64,000 bases of DNA from Candidatus Poribacteria bacterium (GCA_965214095.1 OZ243938.1:4160001-4224000), one strand, 5' to 3'. Shown: positions 1-10,790, numbered from the stretch's first letter. The notes: generated by a model from the sequence alone, not told the origin. A program made the numbers and translations.

Positions 1-517
1 CTGCAAGACGATCACTTAGTTGATTAACACTTTCAGATAGTTTTCCAGAAAGAGCATCAACAGCGATTCTTCTGCTGAGTTCCGTTTTAGAACTGATGAG
101 ATCTGCTACCGCCTCAGCCTGGGCAAGGTCTAGTCTTCCGTTGAGAAAAGCACGTTTTGTAAACTCCCCGGGTTCTGCGAGTCTTGCACCTGCTTCTACG
201 ACCAATTCAAGAACTGATGTTAATGGAATAGAACCACCGTGGCAGTTGAATTCCACAATATCTTCAGTAGTATATGTATTGGGTGCATGCATCACTCCGA
301 GCAGTATTTCGTCAACGATTTCGTCAGAAGCAGACGTGTCAATGACATATCCGTGTATAAGCGAGTGTGATGGTATTTCGTTGAGTAAAATGGCGCGGGA
401 AGGACGAAACAGTTTGGATGCGATTTGGATTGCAAGCGAACCACTGACGCGTACTATCCCGATGCCGCCTTCACCTCGTGGTGTCGCAATGGCAGCGATG
501 GTATCGTCAAATCTCAT
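1..517 (-). CDS. mnmE: tRNA modification GTPase MnmE, 5' part (runs off the window edge)
   Basis: Manual minus-strand translation from ATG at 517: [26 protein letters not shown]...; later motifs CHGG and [15 protein letters not shown]; follows jag. Confidence 0.95.
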   Translation of the reverse strand, partial: MRFDDTIAAIATPRGEGGIGIVRVSGSLAIQIASKLFRPSRAILLNEIPSHSLIHGYVIDTSASDEIVDEILLGVMHAPNTYTTEDIVEFNCHGGSIPLTSVLELVVEAGARLAEPGEFTKRAFLNGRLDLAQAEAVADLISSKTELSRRIAVDALSGKLSESVNQLSDRLA

Positions 518-610
518 AGTGCAATCCTGTTATATGGATATACTAGACAAGGTTAGCAAGGACTCGGTCAAATAGGTTTGAAATCTCACAAGTTTACTGA
601 ATAGTTAAGG

Positions 611-1237
611 TCAATAGTTGTCTTGTGTTGCAACAACAACACGTCGCATATCACCTTCTCCTTGACTAAAGGTTGAGATGGAATCATCAGATTGTAGAGC
701 GAGATGAACAATGCGTCGATCCTTAGCTGACATTGGTGCAAGGACAGCATCTTGTCGTGTCCGTCTGACCTTTGCTGCAACCTGATGGGCAAGGTCAACG
801 AGAGACTGTTCTCTCCGTTCACGGTAACCTTCTGTATCAACAAATACCTTTTTCTTTGCAAGTGCATTTTTATTGATGATACAGTTGAGGATCCTTTCTA
901 TAGCATCAAGTGTTTGTCCATGTTTTCCTATTAGAAGTGCTGGGGAGTCGGTTACCATGTCAAGGTGCAGACTACCGTCAATATGATCGGAATTAACCTC
1001 ACCCTCAATTCCAATGCGCGTAAGTATTTCTTTCAATACAGTTTCAGGTGCAGTCGTTACATCTTCTTTGAGAGTCGCACGGACTTTTGCAGGCTTTGCC
1101 CCAAAACTCAAAATGCCTTTAGTCGGTTCATTAATGATGATGATATTGACATGTTCGCGAGTTGTATCCAGTTCATTGAGTGCAAGATCAATAGCCTCTT
1201 CTACCGTTTCTGCTTCAGATTCAATATAGTTTTGCAA
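611..1237 (-). CDS. jag: RNA-binding protein Jag/KhpB (Jag_N, KH, R3H)
   Basis: TVEEAIDLAL N-terminus, KH LLIGKHGQTL, R3H RRIVH; between yidC and mnmE. Confidence 0.93.
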   Translation of the reverse strand: MQNYIESEAETVEEAIDLALNELDTTREHVNIIIINEPTKGILSFGAKPAKVRATLKEDVTTAPETVLKEILTRIGIEGEVNSDHIDGSLHLDMVTDSPALLIGKHGQTLDAIERILNCIINKNALAKKKVFVDTEGYRERREQSLVDLAHQVAAKVRRTRQDAVLAPMSAKDRRIVHLALQSDDSISTFSQGEGDMRRVVVATQDNY

Positions 1238-1294
1238 GTGGCAACTCTCCTTTCATAAACAATCAGAAGATATTATATAACATCTATGTTAATC

Positions 1295-3130
1295 TTATTT
1301 TCGTTTCAGTGTATTTTCTTGTATATCGGGTTCACCATCGTGGAAATATTTTGTTTGTATATACTGTTGTGCAACAGTAAAGACATTATTGCAAAGCCAG
1401 TATAACACAAAACCGGAAGCCCAGTTGTAAAAAAGGAACACGAAGATTAGTGGCATAAACTGCATGATCTTAGCCTGTGTATTTGTCGTTGGGGGAGTTG
1501 CAGACATTCCTCCAACAAATTTCTGTTGAAGCCATGTGGTCAAACCATTTAGTATTGGCAAGAACCGTATTGCATCTATCTGTGTGAAAATCAATGGTAT
1601 AGTAAAGGGAAGTTCTATTAGCACATCGGGGGCAGACAAGTCATCAATCCAGAAGAAGAAAGGCGCGCCCCGCAATTCAACTGCACTTCCAAGTAGTGAA
1701 AAAAGTGCCCAGAAAATAGGGAGTTGTGGTAACCACGGGATACACCCACTTAATGGATTAACACCGTTTTCCTTATAGATACGCATTGTTGCTTTATTTA
1801 GTCTTTGTGGGTCATCCCGATATTTTTCCTTAAGTTCAACTAATTGCGGTTGTAGTTGCTGCATCTTCTTCATAGAAACATGCGCTTTTCGCGTAAGTGG
1901 AAAAGATATGATTTTCACTAATGCAGTCAAGATAATGATAGATAAACCATAGTTTTGAAACACTTTGTACAATTGTTTGACTAACCAGAGCATTCCCCAT
2001 GCAACAGGTCCGAAAAAACCGAAATCTATAACTTTAGAAAGAGCGAGAGAAGATTCGGGTGCGTTCGGCGCGACAATCTGTTTAAGCATTGCATCATCTT
2101 TGGGGCCGACATATAGACGAAATGTATGCGTTTGCATATTCTGAGATGATAGTTGAAAACTTGGTAATCTCAAACTAACTGTCTCTGTAGCAGCCGCAAT
2201 GAGAATATCTTTCTGTCCATTTGGTTTTGGACTATCCAATTTATAGGTTGCCTCAAGTTGCGGGTCGGGAATCATTATTGCACTAAAATAATTACTATTA
2301 ATCCCTGCCCAGAGAACAGTCGCATACACGAGTTCATTTTTCAGTTCGCGTTTAGGTTTTCCTGTACCGACATAAGCCCTTGCCCCTTCGGCTCCACGAC
2401 GACCAGGTTTTCCTGACTTTTTTTCGTGTATGAGCAGGTCAGCGTTGATTCCTGGTCCCCATCGCAGTTCGTAACCATTTGCAGGTTCAATTCCACCAAT
2501 ATGCAACGGCGTAGAATCTTCTTTCAAGTTTTGAAACATTACATCTAAATCTACTGTATAACTGTTGTTATAAAAGGTGAACCTTTTTGATATTTCTAAT
2601 TGGTCTTTGATTGTAGTTGTGAATGTAAGCGTATCTTGATTTCTTGTCTCATTGAGTTCAATGTTCTTCTTATCTGCTGTCCACTCAGCGCGTCGCAAAT
2701 CTAAATCAAATTGCAGGTCTTTATTACCCAGTTTTAGTGCGAGACAGTTGAGGGCAGTCTCAGGTATAAGGTTCAAAGGAGTATCAGTAGTGTCGGTTGA
2801 TCTGTCAGGGAATCGTAGGTTCCCATTTTCCTTCTTTTCCACCAAATCCCACCGGTGAGCGATCGCCAATTTCTCGTTAAATGTAACAGCATAGGTATTC
2901 GTTTGAACCTTGACAATTGGGTCATCAGGATTAACCTGAAAAGTAAGCTGCTGTCCCGAATCAGTTAAATCTGCTTCATTGGGTTCAACGCCGGGGATGT
3001 CGTCTTGTGGTGTCTGTTCAGTTATTGGTATTTCTTCTTGTTCTGGTGCAAAGCGATTGCCAAATATTAGTGTCCATGCAATCATGACTGCAAGCATTAG
3101 AACAACTGCAAGGATATATCGTGATCCCAT
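1295..3130 (-). CDS. yidC: Membrane protein insertase YidC
   Basis: LYVGPK, DFGFF, YGLSIIILT, NPLSGC, WIDDLSAPD and LYW motifs; synteny. Confidence 0.96.
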   Translation of the reverse strand: MGSRYILAVVLMLAVMIAWTLIFGNRFAPEQEEIPITEQTPQDDIPGVEPNEADLTDSGQQLTFQVNPDDPIVKVQTNTYAVTFNEKLAIAHRWDLVEKKENGNLRFPDRSTDTTDTPLNLIPETALNCLALKLGNKDLQFDLDLRRAEWTADKKNIELNETRNQDTLTFTTTIKDQLEISKRFTFYNNSYTVDLDVMFQNLKEDSTPLHIGGIEPANGYELRWGPGINADLLIHEKKSGKPGRRGAEGARAYVGTGKPKRELKNELVYATVLWAGINSNYFSAIMIPDPQLEATYKLDSPKPNGQKDILIAAATETVSLRLPSFQLSSQNMQTHTFRLYVGPKDDAMLKQIVAPNAPESSLALSKVIDFGFFGPVAWGMLWLVKQLYKVFQNYGLSIIILTALVKIISFPLTRKAHVSMKKMQQLQPQLVELKEKYRDDPQRLNKATMRIYKENGVNPLSGCIPWLPQLPIFWALFSLLGSAVELRGAPFFFWIDDLSAPDVLIELPFTIPLIFTQIDAIRFLPILNGLTTWLQQKFVGGMSATPPTTNTQAKIMQFMPLIFVFLFYNWASGFVLYWLCNNVFTVAQQYIQTKYFHDGEPDIQENTLKRK

Positions 3131-3213
3131 TTAAATTTAGATGCTCCTATTTTCTATTAATTTGCGAAATTCGTGTTATTCCTTATACGCAAGCGGTAAA
3201 AGTAAATATATAG

Positions 3214-3423
3214 TTACTTGAGTGGATCGAATCCTCCTGGATGATAAGGATGGCATTTAATCAATCTCTTTATTGTTAACCAACTACCTTTAAAGGTGCC
3301 ATACTTTTCAAAGGCTTGTAGTGCGTAGTGTGAACAGGTCGGATGAAAACGACACGATGGTGGTAATAATGGGGAGATAAAGCGGCGATACCCGCGTATT
3401 ATGTAGAGAACGAAGCGGCTCAT
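3214..3423 (-). CDS. yidD: Membrane protein insertion efficiency factor YidD
   Basis: [10 protein letters not shown] and [11 protein letters not shown] motifs. Confidence 0.96.
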   Translation of the reverse strand: MSRFVLYIIRGYRRFISPLLPPSCRFHPTCSHYALQAFEKYGTFKGSWLTIKRLIKCHPYHPGGFDPLK

Positions 3424-3537
3424 TTTAATTATTTATTACGTGCGCTTGAGGACACTTTGACCAACAATCCGTATGTTCCCTCAAACCGATTAATATCAAA
3501 CACACATTCACCACAGAGATTATATATCAAGTACTCT

Positions 3538-3900
3538 CTATTTACTTTCTTGTGCGTTCCTTAAGATAGATGCTCTGCGAAATAGTTTGTGGAAACTTTC
3601 ACGGACTTGATGCACTGAAAGCCTGCAAGCGGCTTTTCTGCCAACAATGACAATATCATAGTGCGGCAGAAGTTCTATCTTAAGCGGACGAAACGCTTCA
3701 CGAATGAGCCTTTTGACACGATTCCTCTGGACACTTTTTCCTACTTTTTTGCTGACGGTTATTCCCAAGCGAGGCTGTCTTAATTGTGTGTGGTAGACAT
3801 AAATGACGAAGTAGGTATCCCAGTATTTTTCACCTTTCTTATATGCTCTTTGAAATTCCCATGACTTCTTCAGTCTATAAGGATGAGGTTGATAGGACAT
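3538..3900 (-). CDS. rnpA: Ribonuclease P protein component
   Basis: RLKKSWEF, RLGITVSKKVG, RNRVKRLIRE (RNR motif). Confidence 0.96.
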   Translation of the reverse strand: MSYQPHPYRLKKSWEFQRAYKKGEKYWDTYFVIYVYHTQLRQPRLGITVSKKVGKSVQRNRVKRLIREAFRPLKIELLPHYDIVIVGRKAACRLSVHQVRESFHKLFRRASILRNAQESK

Positions 3901-3970
3901 ATTGTCAGTGCATAGTCAAATTGACTTTTACCACTTCATCGTGCTTTACTGCAAACTTTACGTTTTTCAG

Positions 3971-4483
3971 TTAATTAATGTAAAGATACTTTTTCCACGA
4001 TGGATGATACCCACGAAAATGACGGTTGAGCTGCAAATAGGTCAAAATTGAAGGTGTTTTCGGTGCACGTCTCAACTTGAACTGCGTATCATGAAGCATC
4101 TGATTACCTTTCCTGTTATTGCATCGTTTGCATGCGGTCACAACATTCTCCCACGTCGTTTTTCCACCCTTTGAAATTGGGATGACATGATCAAGCGTGA
4201 GCATGGATGCAGTAAGTTCACGATGGCAGTACTGACAAGTATGCTGGTCACGTGCAAGTACGTTTTTCCGTGAAAACTTCACGACACTGCGCGGTACATG
4301 CACGTAATTTACTAAACGTATTACGTGCGGCACTTTGACTGCGGTTGATGGTGATTGTATTTCTTTTTCAGACACTTCTTCTGTCTGTGCTGTACCCTTG
4401 AATACCATTTTCAAGGCGCGTCTGAGATTGCAAACATTGATAGCTTCATAGCTTGCATTTAGTACCAAAACGGTGACTTCCAC
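3971..4483 (-). CDS. HNH endonuclease (McrA-like, VLNASYE family)
   Basis: RDQHTCQYC...TLDHVIPISKGG...ACKRCNNRK; GTG start at 4483 behind GAGGAGG is preferred over 4507. Confidence 0.88.
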   Translation of the reverse strand: MEVTVLVLNASYEAINVCNLRRALKMVFKGTAQTEEVSEKEIQSPSTAVKVPHVIRLVNYVHVPRSVVKFSRKNVLARDQHTCQYCHRELTASMLTLDHVIPISKGGKTTWENVVTACKRCNNRKGNQMLHDTQFKLRRAPKTPSILTYLQLNRHFRGYHPSWKKYLYIN

Positions 4484-4593
4484 TCGCCTGTCCTCCTCTA
4501 CAAGCAAGGCGTTCAGACTTTACGCAATCTAATTTTACCACATCTAAATGGGAATTGCAACTAAAAATCGGGCAATGATATTTATAACGTGTC

Positions 4594-4812
4594 TCATCTC
4601 TTTCTATCTAAGATGGCACTTTCTATGGCATTTATAACAAGTTGAAGCGATTGGAAATATTCCATCTCTGCTTTAATGAGGCAACTCGTTTCTCCTAACC
4701 CACCGTTTTCACGCATTTTAGCAAGTACATTCCAGTTTTGCGTAAGCCTTTGATTTGCTTGATCAAGCTGACAAAAATGTGAATCGGAAATCATGTTTTT
4801 TTCAGGAGCCAT
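4594..4812 (-). CDS. Small hypothetical helical protein
   Basis: ORF track 4594..4872; likely start MAPEKN at 4812 behind GAGG; no recognisable motif. Confidence 0.45.
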   Translation of the reverse strand: MAPEKNMISDSHFCQLDQANQRLTQNWNVLAKMRENGGLGETSCLIKAEMEYFQSLQLVINAIESAILDRKR

Positions 4813-4968
4813 AAGAATATCCTCTATTTTCTGTAACTGATAACTTCTGGTGTGATTAATTGAGTATAACAAATATTAACTATATTAAGCAACAAAAAAA
4901 TAATAATTAGTTAACAACAAGATGTTTTTTCTAAGAAATCGGCTTTTGGTTAGAGATAAGTAGCAAGG

Positions 4969-5055
4969 AATGGTGGATATTGGAAATTATTTTTCTATTC
5001 AATATCGGTGAGGTTAGGAGACCTCGCCTATTGAGGGAAGAATGTGTCAAATTAT
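4969..5055. repeat. Degenerate copy of the 12462-type MITE with a REP hairpin
   Basis: Aligns with 12462-12545 (GGTGAGGTTAGGAGACCTCGCCTA...GTGTCAA); right end runs into the methyltransferase stop codon. Confidence 0.7.
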
Positions 5056-5841
5056 TTAGGTTCTTCTGGCTTTGACTGCGTACATTGGCCACGAAAAATA
5101 GAAATCATCACCTGCGGGTTCAATAGTATATTGCTTTTTTGCGTCATCAGGAGATAGCATTGCAAAGGCATCCCGGATTTCTTGTACAACTTCTGGTGGG
5201 TTTTTTCGCGGACGCACCCACCACAAAAATGACATCTGAGCATTACGCGTATGTACGGCATCCTCAATTTCAAATCCAGCATCTATAAACATTTTATCCC
5301 ACTGAGATGGTGGATAACCAAATACATGAGAATTGTCGCGTAATTTCTCCACGCGGTTTTGCCACGCAATTAACTTTTCTGATTCAGGCGAGACAGAATC
5401 TACAAGGCAAAAAAGACCTGCTGTTCGAAGGACACGGTGGACCTCGCTCAAGAATCTGGGGACATCTTGAAAGTGATGAGGTGCAAGTCGGCAGGTAACT
5501 AAATCAAATGAAGCAGTAGCAAACGGCAGGGATTCCGCTGCAGCGACCGAAAACATAACATTCTCTATCGCTTGTTCCTGTGCTAAATCGGATGCTTTAG
5601 CTACCATCTCCGGTGTAAGATCTGTTGCAACAACATTGGACACTTTTGGTGCAAGTGCGAACGCAGTAAAGCCTGTACCTGTAGCAATATCAAGCGTTTT
5701 TTCTGAACCTTTCGGTTCTGCGAAGTCAAGGATTACCTCAAGGGTGTCTCCTTGCGCGTGTGCACTACTTTGTGCATAATACTCAGCATGTTGGCTAAAC
5801 TGTTCACGGACAGATGTGTGTACAGATTTCATGTCATTCAT
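5056..5841 (-). CDS. Class I SAM-dependent methyltransferase (YafE/UbiE-like)
   Basis: LDIATGTG motif I, LPFATASFDLV, APHHF. Confidence 0.88.
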   Translation of the reverse strand: MNDMKSVHTSVREQFSQHAEYYAQSSAHAQGDTLEVILDFAEPKGSEKTLDIATGTGFTAFALAPKVSNVVATDLTPEMVAKASDLAQEQAIENVMFSVAAAESLPFATASFDLVTCRLAPHHFQDVPRFLSEVHRVLRTAGLFCLVDSVSPESEKLIAWQNRVEKLRDNSHVFGYPPSQWDKMFIDAGFEIEDAVHTRNAQMSFLWWVRPRKNPPEVVQEIRDAFAMLSPDDAKKQYTIEPAGDDFYFSWPMYAVKARRT

Positions 5842-5867
5842 TCACTTTTTGTGAAATAGGAAAGGTA

Positions 5868-6974
5868 TTAATTGAAGAGGATAACACCACGGGCATTTTC
5901 ACCGGCTTGCATATCAGCAAATGCTTCATTAATCTGATCAAGTTGATAGTGACGTGTTATCAACTCGTCTAATTTCAACTTACCTTCGGTGTATAAATTG
6001 AGAAGTTTCGGCATATCCACACGTGGATGACAAGAACCGTAGAATGAACCGATAATCTGTTTTTCAGTTGTAACGAAGTGCTGTGCGGGGATACTGAATT
6101 CCTTTTCATGATGCGTTATTCCGACAATTACGGCAGTTCCCGCTGCGCGTACCATACGATATGCCTGTACAATTGTATCTGGATTCCCGATCACTTCAAA
6201 AGCATAATCTACACCACGACCATCTGTCAATTCCCGTACGGCTTCAACGGGATCAACACCAGTAGCGTTAACAACATCCGTAGCACCAAATTTCTTTGCA
6301 AACTCAAGTTTCTTTTCAGTAATGTCAACAGCGATTATCTTTTCAGCTTGTGCGAGGACAGCACCTTGAATGGCATTTAAGCCTACTCCACCTGTTCCAA
6401 TAACTGCGACGGAACTACCAGGTTCAACTTTTGCAGTGTTTAGGACAGCACCGACACCAGTTGTTACACCACATCCGACAAGTGCTGCTTTTTCCAACGA
6501 GAAATGTGGGTCTATTTTGACAAGGTTTTGATGTGGCACGACCATGTATTCCGCCATCGTTGCGATACGTGCCATCTGAAGGATGCCTTCACCAGATTTG
6601 TTGTAGAGACGATAAGTGCCATCTAATTGAAATCCGCGCGCGACGTTATAACTTTCACACAGACATACCTTTTCCATTTGACACATAGGACAGTTACCGC
6701 AATAAGTAACAAATGACAGAATCACATGGTCTCCAACATGAAAGTCTGTTACATCATTGCCAACGTGTTCTACAACACCTGCCCCTTCATGTCCAAGAAC
6801 AACTGCTGCATCGTAGTAGATAGCACCTGTGACAACGGATAGGTCAGAATGGCAGACCCCGCTCGCGGCAGTTCGGACAAGAACTTCATTAGATTTCGGT
6901 TCTTCTAACTCCAAGTCCTCAACAACTACAGGATGATTGTGTTCATACATTACAGCGGCACGTGTTTTCATCAT
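5868..6974 (-). CDS. Zn-dependent alcohol dehydrogenase (class III-like)
   Basis: CHSD, GHEGAG, CxxCxxC structural Zn site, GTGGVG. Confidence 0.93.
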   Translation of the reverse strand: MMKTRAAVMYEHNHPVVVEDLELEEPKSNEVLVRTAASGVCHSDLSVVTGAIYYDAAVVLGHEGAGVVEHVGNDVTDFHVGDHVILSFVTYCGNCPMCQMEKVCLCESYNVARGFQLDGTYRLYNKSGEGILQMARIATMAEYMVVPHQNLVKIDPHFSLEKAALVGCGVTTGVGAVLNTAKVEPGSSVAVIGTGGVGLNAIQGAVLAQAEKIIAVDITEKKLEFAKKFGATDVVNATGVDPVEAVRELTDGRGVDYAFEVIGNPDTIVQAYRMVRAAGTAVIVGITHHEKEFSIPAQHFVTTEKQIIGSFYGSCHPRVDMPKLLNLYTEGKLKLDELITRHYQLDQINEAFADMQAGENARGVILFN

Positions 6975-6985
6975 ACCCTCTAAGA

Positions 6986-7795
6986 TTACTGATTATGTAG
7001 TAATGACTCCAGATAATTTCTTGCTTTTCGCATGGACTCAATCGGGTCCGATTCTCCTTCATAGACGACTGAAAGGCATCCGTTATATCCAACACCTTGT
7101 AAAATGTCTAAAATGCGTGGATAATCTAACCATTCTTCAACACCACTATCAATCTGATAAAACTTTGTTCGTACATAAACAGCATGTGGTGCAGTTTGTT
7201 CAATGCTTGCGTAGCAGTCGTAACCTGGATGTGATGAGCCGCGATGTCCACTTGCTCCGGGTGAACCTGCATATTGTCCAGTATCCAAGATATGTGTGAA
7301 ATAGGGGTGATCGGTTTCATTTAACGCTCGTAGAACAGCATCCCCATCACGGGTGACGTTATTGTGGTTGTGGTTCTGCAGACCAACAAGAATCCCAGAT
7401 TCGTAACCGTATTCAGCGACCTCTTTGAAACCTTCAATCATCGGAGACCACAACGTTTCTTCATCTTCACAATCCGCGGGGACATAAGCAGCGAATACAC
7501 GTACAATCGGACAACTCATAAATGCAGCAACGTCGATCCATTTCTTGATTAGGGCAATCTGTTCTGGATGTTCTGCAACTGGTTTGCCAAAGTTATTACT
7601 GATACCGATGTAGCCTAATGGTAGACCTTTTCGCATAAGGTCTTTCTTCAGGTCACGTAGATAGTTAACATCAGTAGATTCAAATGCTCTATAATGCAAT
7701 TCTATAACATCATACCCAAGGTCATATACGATCTGTGCAAAGTCCGTTGCTTTAGCACCTTTGACATTTAAAGACATAGTGCCAATCTTCATCAT
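6986..7795 (-). CDS. Sugar phosphate isomerase/epimerase (xylose isomerase-like TIM barrel)
   Basis: LQNHNH, LDTG, GYNGCLSVVYEG pattern. Confidence 0.82.
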   Translation of the reverse strand: MMKIGTMSLNVKGAKATDFAQIVYDLGYDVIELHYRAFESTDVNYLRDLKKDLMRKGLPLGYIGISNNFGKPVAEHPEQIALIKKWIDVAAFMSCPIVRVFAAYVPADCEDEETLWSPMIEGFKEVAEYGYESGILVGLQNHNHNNVTRDGDAVLRALNETDHPYFTHILDTGQYAGSPGASGHRGSSHPGYDCYASIEQTAPHAVYVRTKFYQIDSGVEEWLDYPRILDILQGVGYNGCLSVVYEGESDPIESMRKARNYLESLLHNQ

Positions 7796-7837
7796 GAAAG
7801 GTGACTCCTTTCAACTTTAAGTGTTGTTGTGCCTGAG

Positions 7838-8749
7838 TTAATTTTCAGAGTTGAAATTATCCGTATCATCACTGACTTCTTGTAGCAAGGCTTGAGTCTG
7901 TCGATTTGATGTTCTAAAATAAGTTGCCAATGTTTGTCGCAACTTGTCAAGTTGATGACGGTCATTTTCAAGAGAGTTAATCCGTTTGTCAAAATCTTCT
8001 AATATATTAAGCTGATCAAAGATATCCTGTAGCAGTTTCTCTTGTTCTCGGTATCGTTGTTGTTCTTCCTCTAATGATTGTACTTTTTCATTCATTGAAG
8101 TGAGATTGTCTGTTACCTCTTTCAATTCAGCTTGCAACGATCGAGTGAAGGTTATTAATTTTTCCAACGTATTCGTTGTTTTATAAACAGGAATATCTGG
8201 ATTTGATGTAGCGAAGTTTGTAGGGATTATAGGGATTATAGGTTTGTCTTCTGTAGGTAACATATCTTGTGTATTTTCTGCAGTCGGTGTATCAGATTCA
8301 ATTTCATCAGGAATCTCAGTTTCTATATCTGTACTCTCGGATGATTGAATAGGAGAAATTCCCAGTAGTTTAATATTATAGGCAGCGGGAATATAACTCT
8401 CTTTTCGTTCGGTATAAGTAATTTGAACTCGGAGTTCCTGATCTACCTGTAGAGAATTGAGATGTGTATGGATATTTCGTATTGCGACTTCATTATACCC
8501 GAAAGCTTGATTTGATTTTGGATTTAACTGCCGTAGATAACGGTAGAGTTCCATCACATCAGAGCTTTCTCGCGATATCCCTTCTTTCGTCAAAATCCCA
8601 ATTATGTCGTTATCCTCAGCATCTGAAACTTGCATATTCGGTAAGACAATATCTAATGGTACTTCGCCTTGAATTGCTTTCATGCCAAGTGACCATTTGT
8701 TGTCTGCGAGCCTACCACTGAATGCTATGAAGTCGTAAGTAATTGTCAT
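7838..8749 (-). CDS. Hypothetical protein with acidic linker and C-terminal coiled coil
   Basis: 303-aa ORF; heptad-rich E/Q/L C-terminus. Confidence 0.7.
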   Translation of the reverse strand: MTITYDFIAFSGRLADNKWSLGMKAIQGEVPLDIVLPNMQVSDAEDNDIIGILTKEGISRESSDVMELYRYLRQLNPKSNQAFGYNEVAIRNIHTHLNSLQVDQELRVQITYTERKESYIPAAYNIKLLGISPIQSSESTDIETEIPDEIESDTPTAENTQDMLPTEDKPIIPIIPTNFATSNPDIPVYKTTNTLEKLITFTRSLQAELKEVTDNLTSMNEKVQSLEEEQQRYREQEKLLQDIFDQLNILEDFDKRINSLENDRHQLDKLRQTLATYFRTSNRQTQALLQEVSDDTDNFNSEN

Positions 8750-8782
8750 AGTTTATACCATTCTAATAATATTTCAACAGAT

Positions 8783-9115
8783 CTATAATTCAAATACGGG
8801 TTCCATCTGTGTCCACCATTCATCCGATTGAGCTTCTTCAACAGGTTCTTGGAATGTTCGCATTAATTCATCCCATTCTCTACATTTAGGATGTTCTTCA
8901 AGATAACGAGGAAAATCGCGTTCTATGTCAAAAGTATCAACGGTTTCCATCGCCATAAACAACTGTCTTCCTAACAGATAGATATTCATTTTCGTGATAC
9001 CGACAGCCTTTAAAGCTGCTAACGTTTCTTTCCAAGCATCCCGGTGGTACGCTTTATATTGTTCAATTAATTCGGGGTCGTCTTTTAGGTTTATTGTTAA
9101 ACCAAAGTGTTTCAT
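8783..9115 (-). CDS. L-rhamnose mutarotase family protein
   Basis: LKDDPELIEQYKAYH...W...WWTQMEPVF. Confidence 0.85.
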   Translation of the reverse strand: MKHFGLTINLKDDPELIEQYKAYHRDAWKETLAALKAVGITKMNIYLLGRQLFMAMETVDTFDIERDFPRYLEEHPKCREWDELMRTFQEPVEEAQSDEWWTQMEPVFEL

Positions 9116-9567
9116 TTTCTTTCTTCTAACGCCTTTATAATGATATCTTTATGGTCAAAAGCTAGCATGGGTAAATCTGCTGTAGAAAACCAGGAGACCT
9201 CCGCTGCATCAGAACCCGCGACTGCTTCCTGTTGATCAGATTGAACTATCCCCATATAAGCGATAGTGATTACCCGTCCGCGTGGATCACGATCTGGTTC
9301 TCCATAAGCACCTATTTGTGTCAAAACCACGTCTGATATACCCGTTTCCTCGTGTAACTCCCTAAGTGCACTCTCTTGGAGGGATTCATCCATTTCCAGA
9401 AATCCACCTGGAAGTGCCCACAAGTCTTTGAAAGGTGGGTTCTTACGACGTATCAGTAAGACTTGTGGATACGGCGACGTATCCATAAAGAGCACAATAT
9501 CAACAGTAACTGAGGGACGTGGGTAATCGTAGCAATACACTTTATTATGCATAGTATCAGATTTCAA
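9112..9567 (-). CDS. NUDIX hydrolase (ADP-ribose pyrophosphatase/NrtR-like)
   Basis: Nudix box GGFLEMDESLQESALRELHEETG; RDPRGR; LAFDH. Confidence 0.92.
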   Translation of the reverse strand: MKSDTMHNKVYCYDYPRPSVTVDIVLFMDTSPYPQVLLIRRKNPPFKDLWALPGGFLEMDESLQESALRELHEETGISDVVLTQIGAYGEPDRDPRGRVITIAYMGIVQSDQQEAVAGSDAAEVSWFSTADLPMLAFDHKDIIIKALEERK

Positions 9568-9728
9568 TTTATTTTGTCAATTCATTTTTCTAAATAAGGG
9601 AGTGTATATTCATTTTAACTTGAAATTACGCTATTGTTTATGAGATAATTGACATTATAAGAACTTTAGTTCGGTTGAATTGCCTACCAAACTATGTATA
9701 CATTATACTGAAATATTGGATGTGTGAG

Positions 9729-10781
9729 ATGAAACGAATAGTTCCAAAAAACATTAGTATTGCCCTCATTCTTTCAGTATGTATACATGCTATTTTGCTT
9801 CTTGTTATAACCGGATTATATCAACATGAACCTAATTCTATTAGAGAGGTAACGCATCTTAAAATAACAGAGATACCAACGGAACGGGTTCCACGACGTA
9901 TAAAACGCGAGCAATATATCCCTATAAAGATTGCACCTACCAAACAGACACAAATTGAAGTAGCAGTCAATACTCCCGAGGTAACCTTACCTTTAGCACA
10001 GCCATTTTCAGACCAGAATCCCGTTGTTCCAATTGCAGGAATAACACTACCGAATCCAAATTTATCAGGCATCGGTGCATCCTACCAATTATCTAATGCT
10101 CCGATAGGAGATCAGAACATAGGAAGCCATCGAAGGTTAGGTAAAAAGGGATCTTCAGGCGTGTTAAAAGTCAGCAAACCGCAGTCATCTAAACCCTCTA
10201 TAGATAATACATTACCACAAGTTAGTGATCTGAAGATGCCGAGTGCCACTATGGCGCGAATTGGGTCTCACATCGTAGACAACCGCAGTACTGATTATGT
10301 GGATATCGTCTTTGTTATTGATGGCAGTGGAAGTATGAGAGATAACATTAATGCGGTCCGAAATCATCTGAACCGTATGACTAAATTTTTTGATGATGCC
10401 GATCTTGATTTTACACTTGGCGTTGTGATCTTTCGTGAAAAAATGTTGGGTTTGGATTTTGAGATTTTACCACAAACTCGTTCTATTTCTAATATCAAGA
10501 GATGGCTTGCACAAGTAAAGTGCAGCGGTGGTGAAAAGGCATTAGATGCTCTCATACGCGCTGCTGATGATGTCAAATACAGAAAAAATGCAGATGTACA
10601 CTTCATCTTAATTACTGATGAATTTGTTAGTGGGAACTATACGGCAAGTGATGTCTTGCGGAAAATGCGCCAACAAAATATCAAGGTGGATGTGGTTGGA
10701 CGAGATGAACCGTTTCATAAATTCATCACACGCAGCACCGGTGGTTTGTGGTTGCCTATTTCAAGCTTAGGAGTACAATAG
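9729..10781 (+). CDS. Membrane-anchored VWA domain protein
   Basis: N-terminal TM (SVCIHAILLL), Pro-rich linker, MIDAS DGSGS and ILITDE. Confidence 0.82.
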   Translation: MKRIVPKNISIALILSVCIHAILLLVITGLYQHEPNSIREVTHLKITEIPTERVPRRIKREQYIPIKIAPTKQTQIEVAVNTPEVTLPLAQPFSDQNPVVPIAGITLPNPNLSGIGASYQLSNAPIGDQNIGSHRRLGKKGSSGVLKVSKPQSSKPSIDNTLPQVSDLKMPSATMARIGSHIVDNRSTDYVDIVFVIDGSGSMRDNINAVRNHLNRMTKFFDDADLDFTLGVVIFREKMLGLDFEILPQTRSISNIKRWLAQVKCSGGEKALDALIRAADDVKYRKNADVHFILITDEFVSGNYTASDVLRKMRQQNIKVDVVGRDEPFHKFITRSTGGLWLPISSLGVQ

Positions 10782-10790
10782 AGGTACTCA

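Noticed and set aside
96-575. 159-aa plus-strand ORF
   Set aside because: Antisense shadow of mnmE; most short overlapping ORFs in the track were rejected for the same reason
4873-4970. Possible oriC next to the rnpA cluster
   Set aside because: AT-rich, but no cluster of TTATCCACA boxes and no dnaA seen
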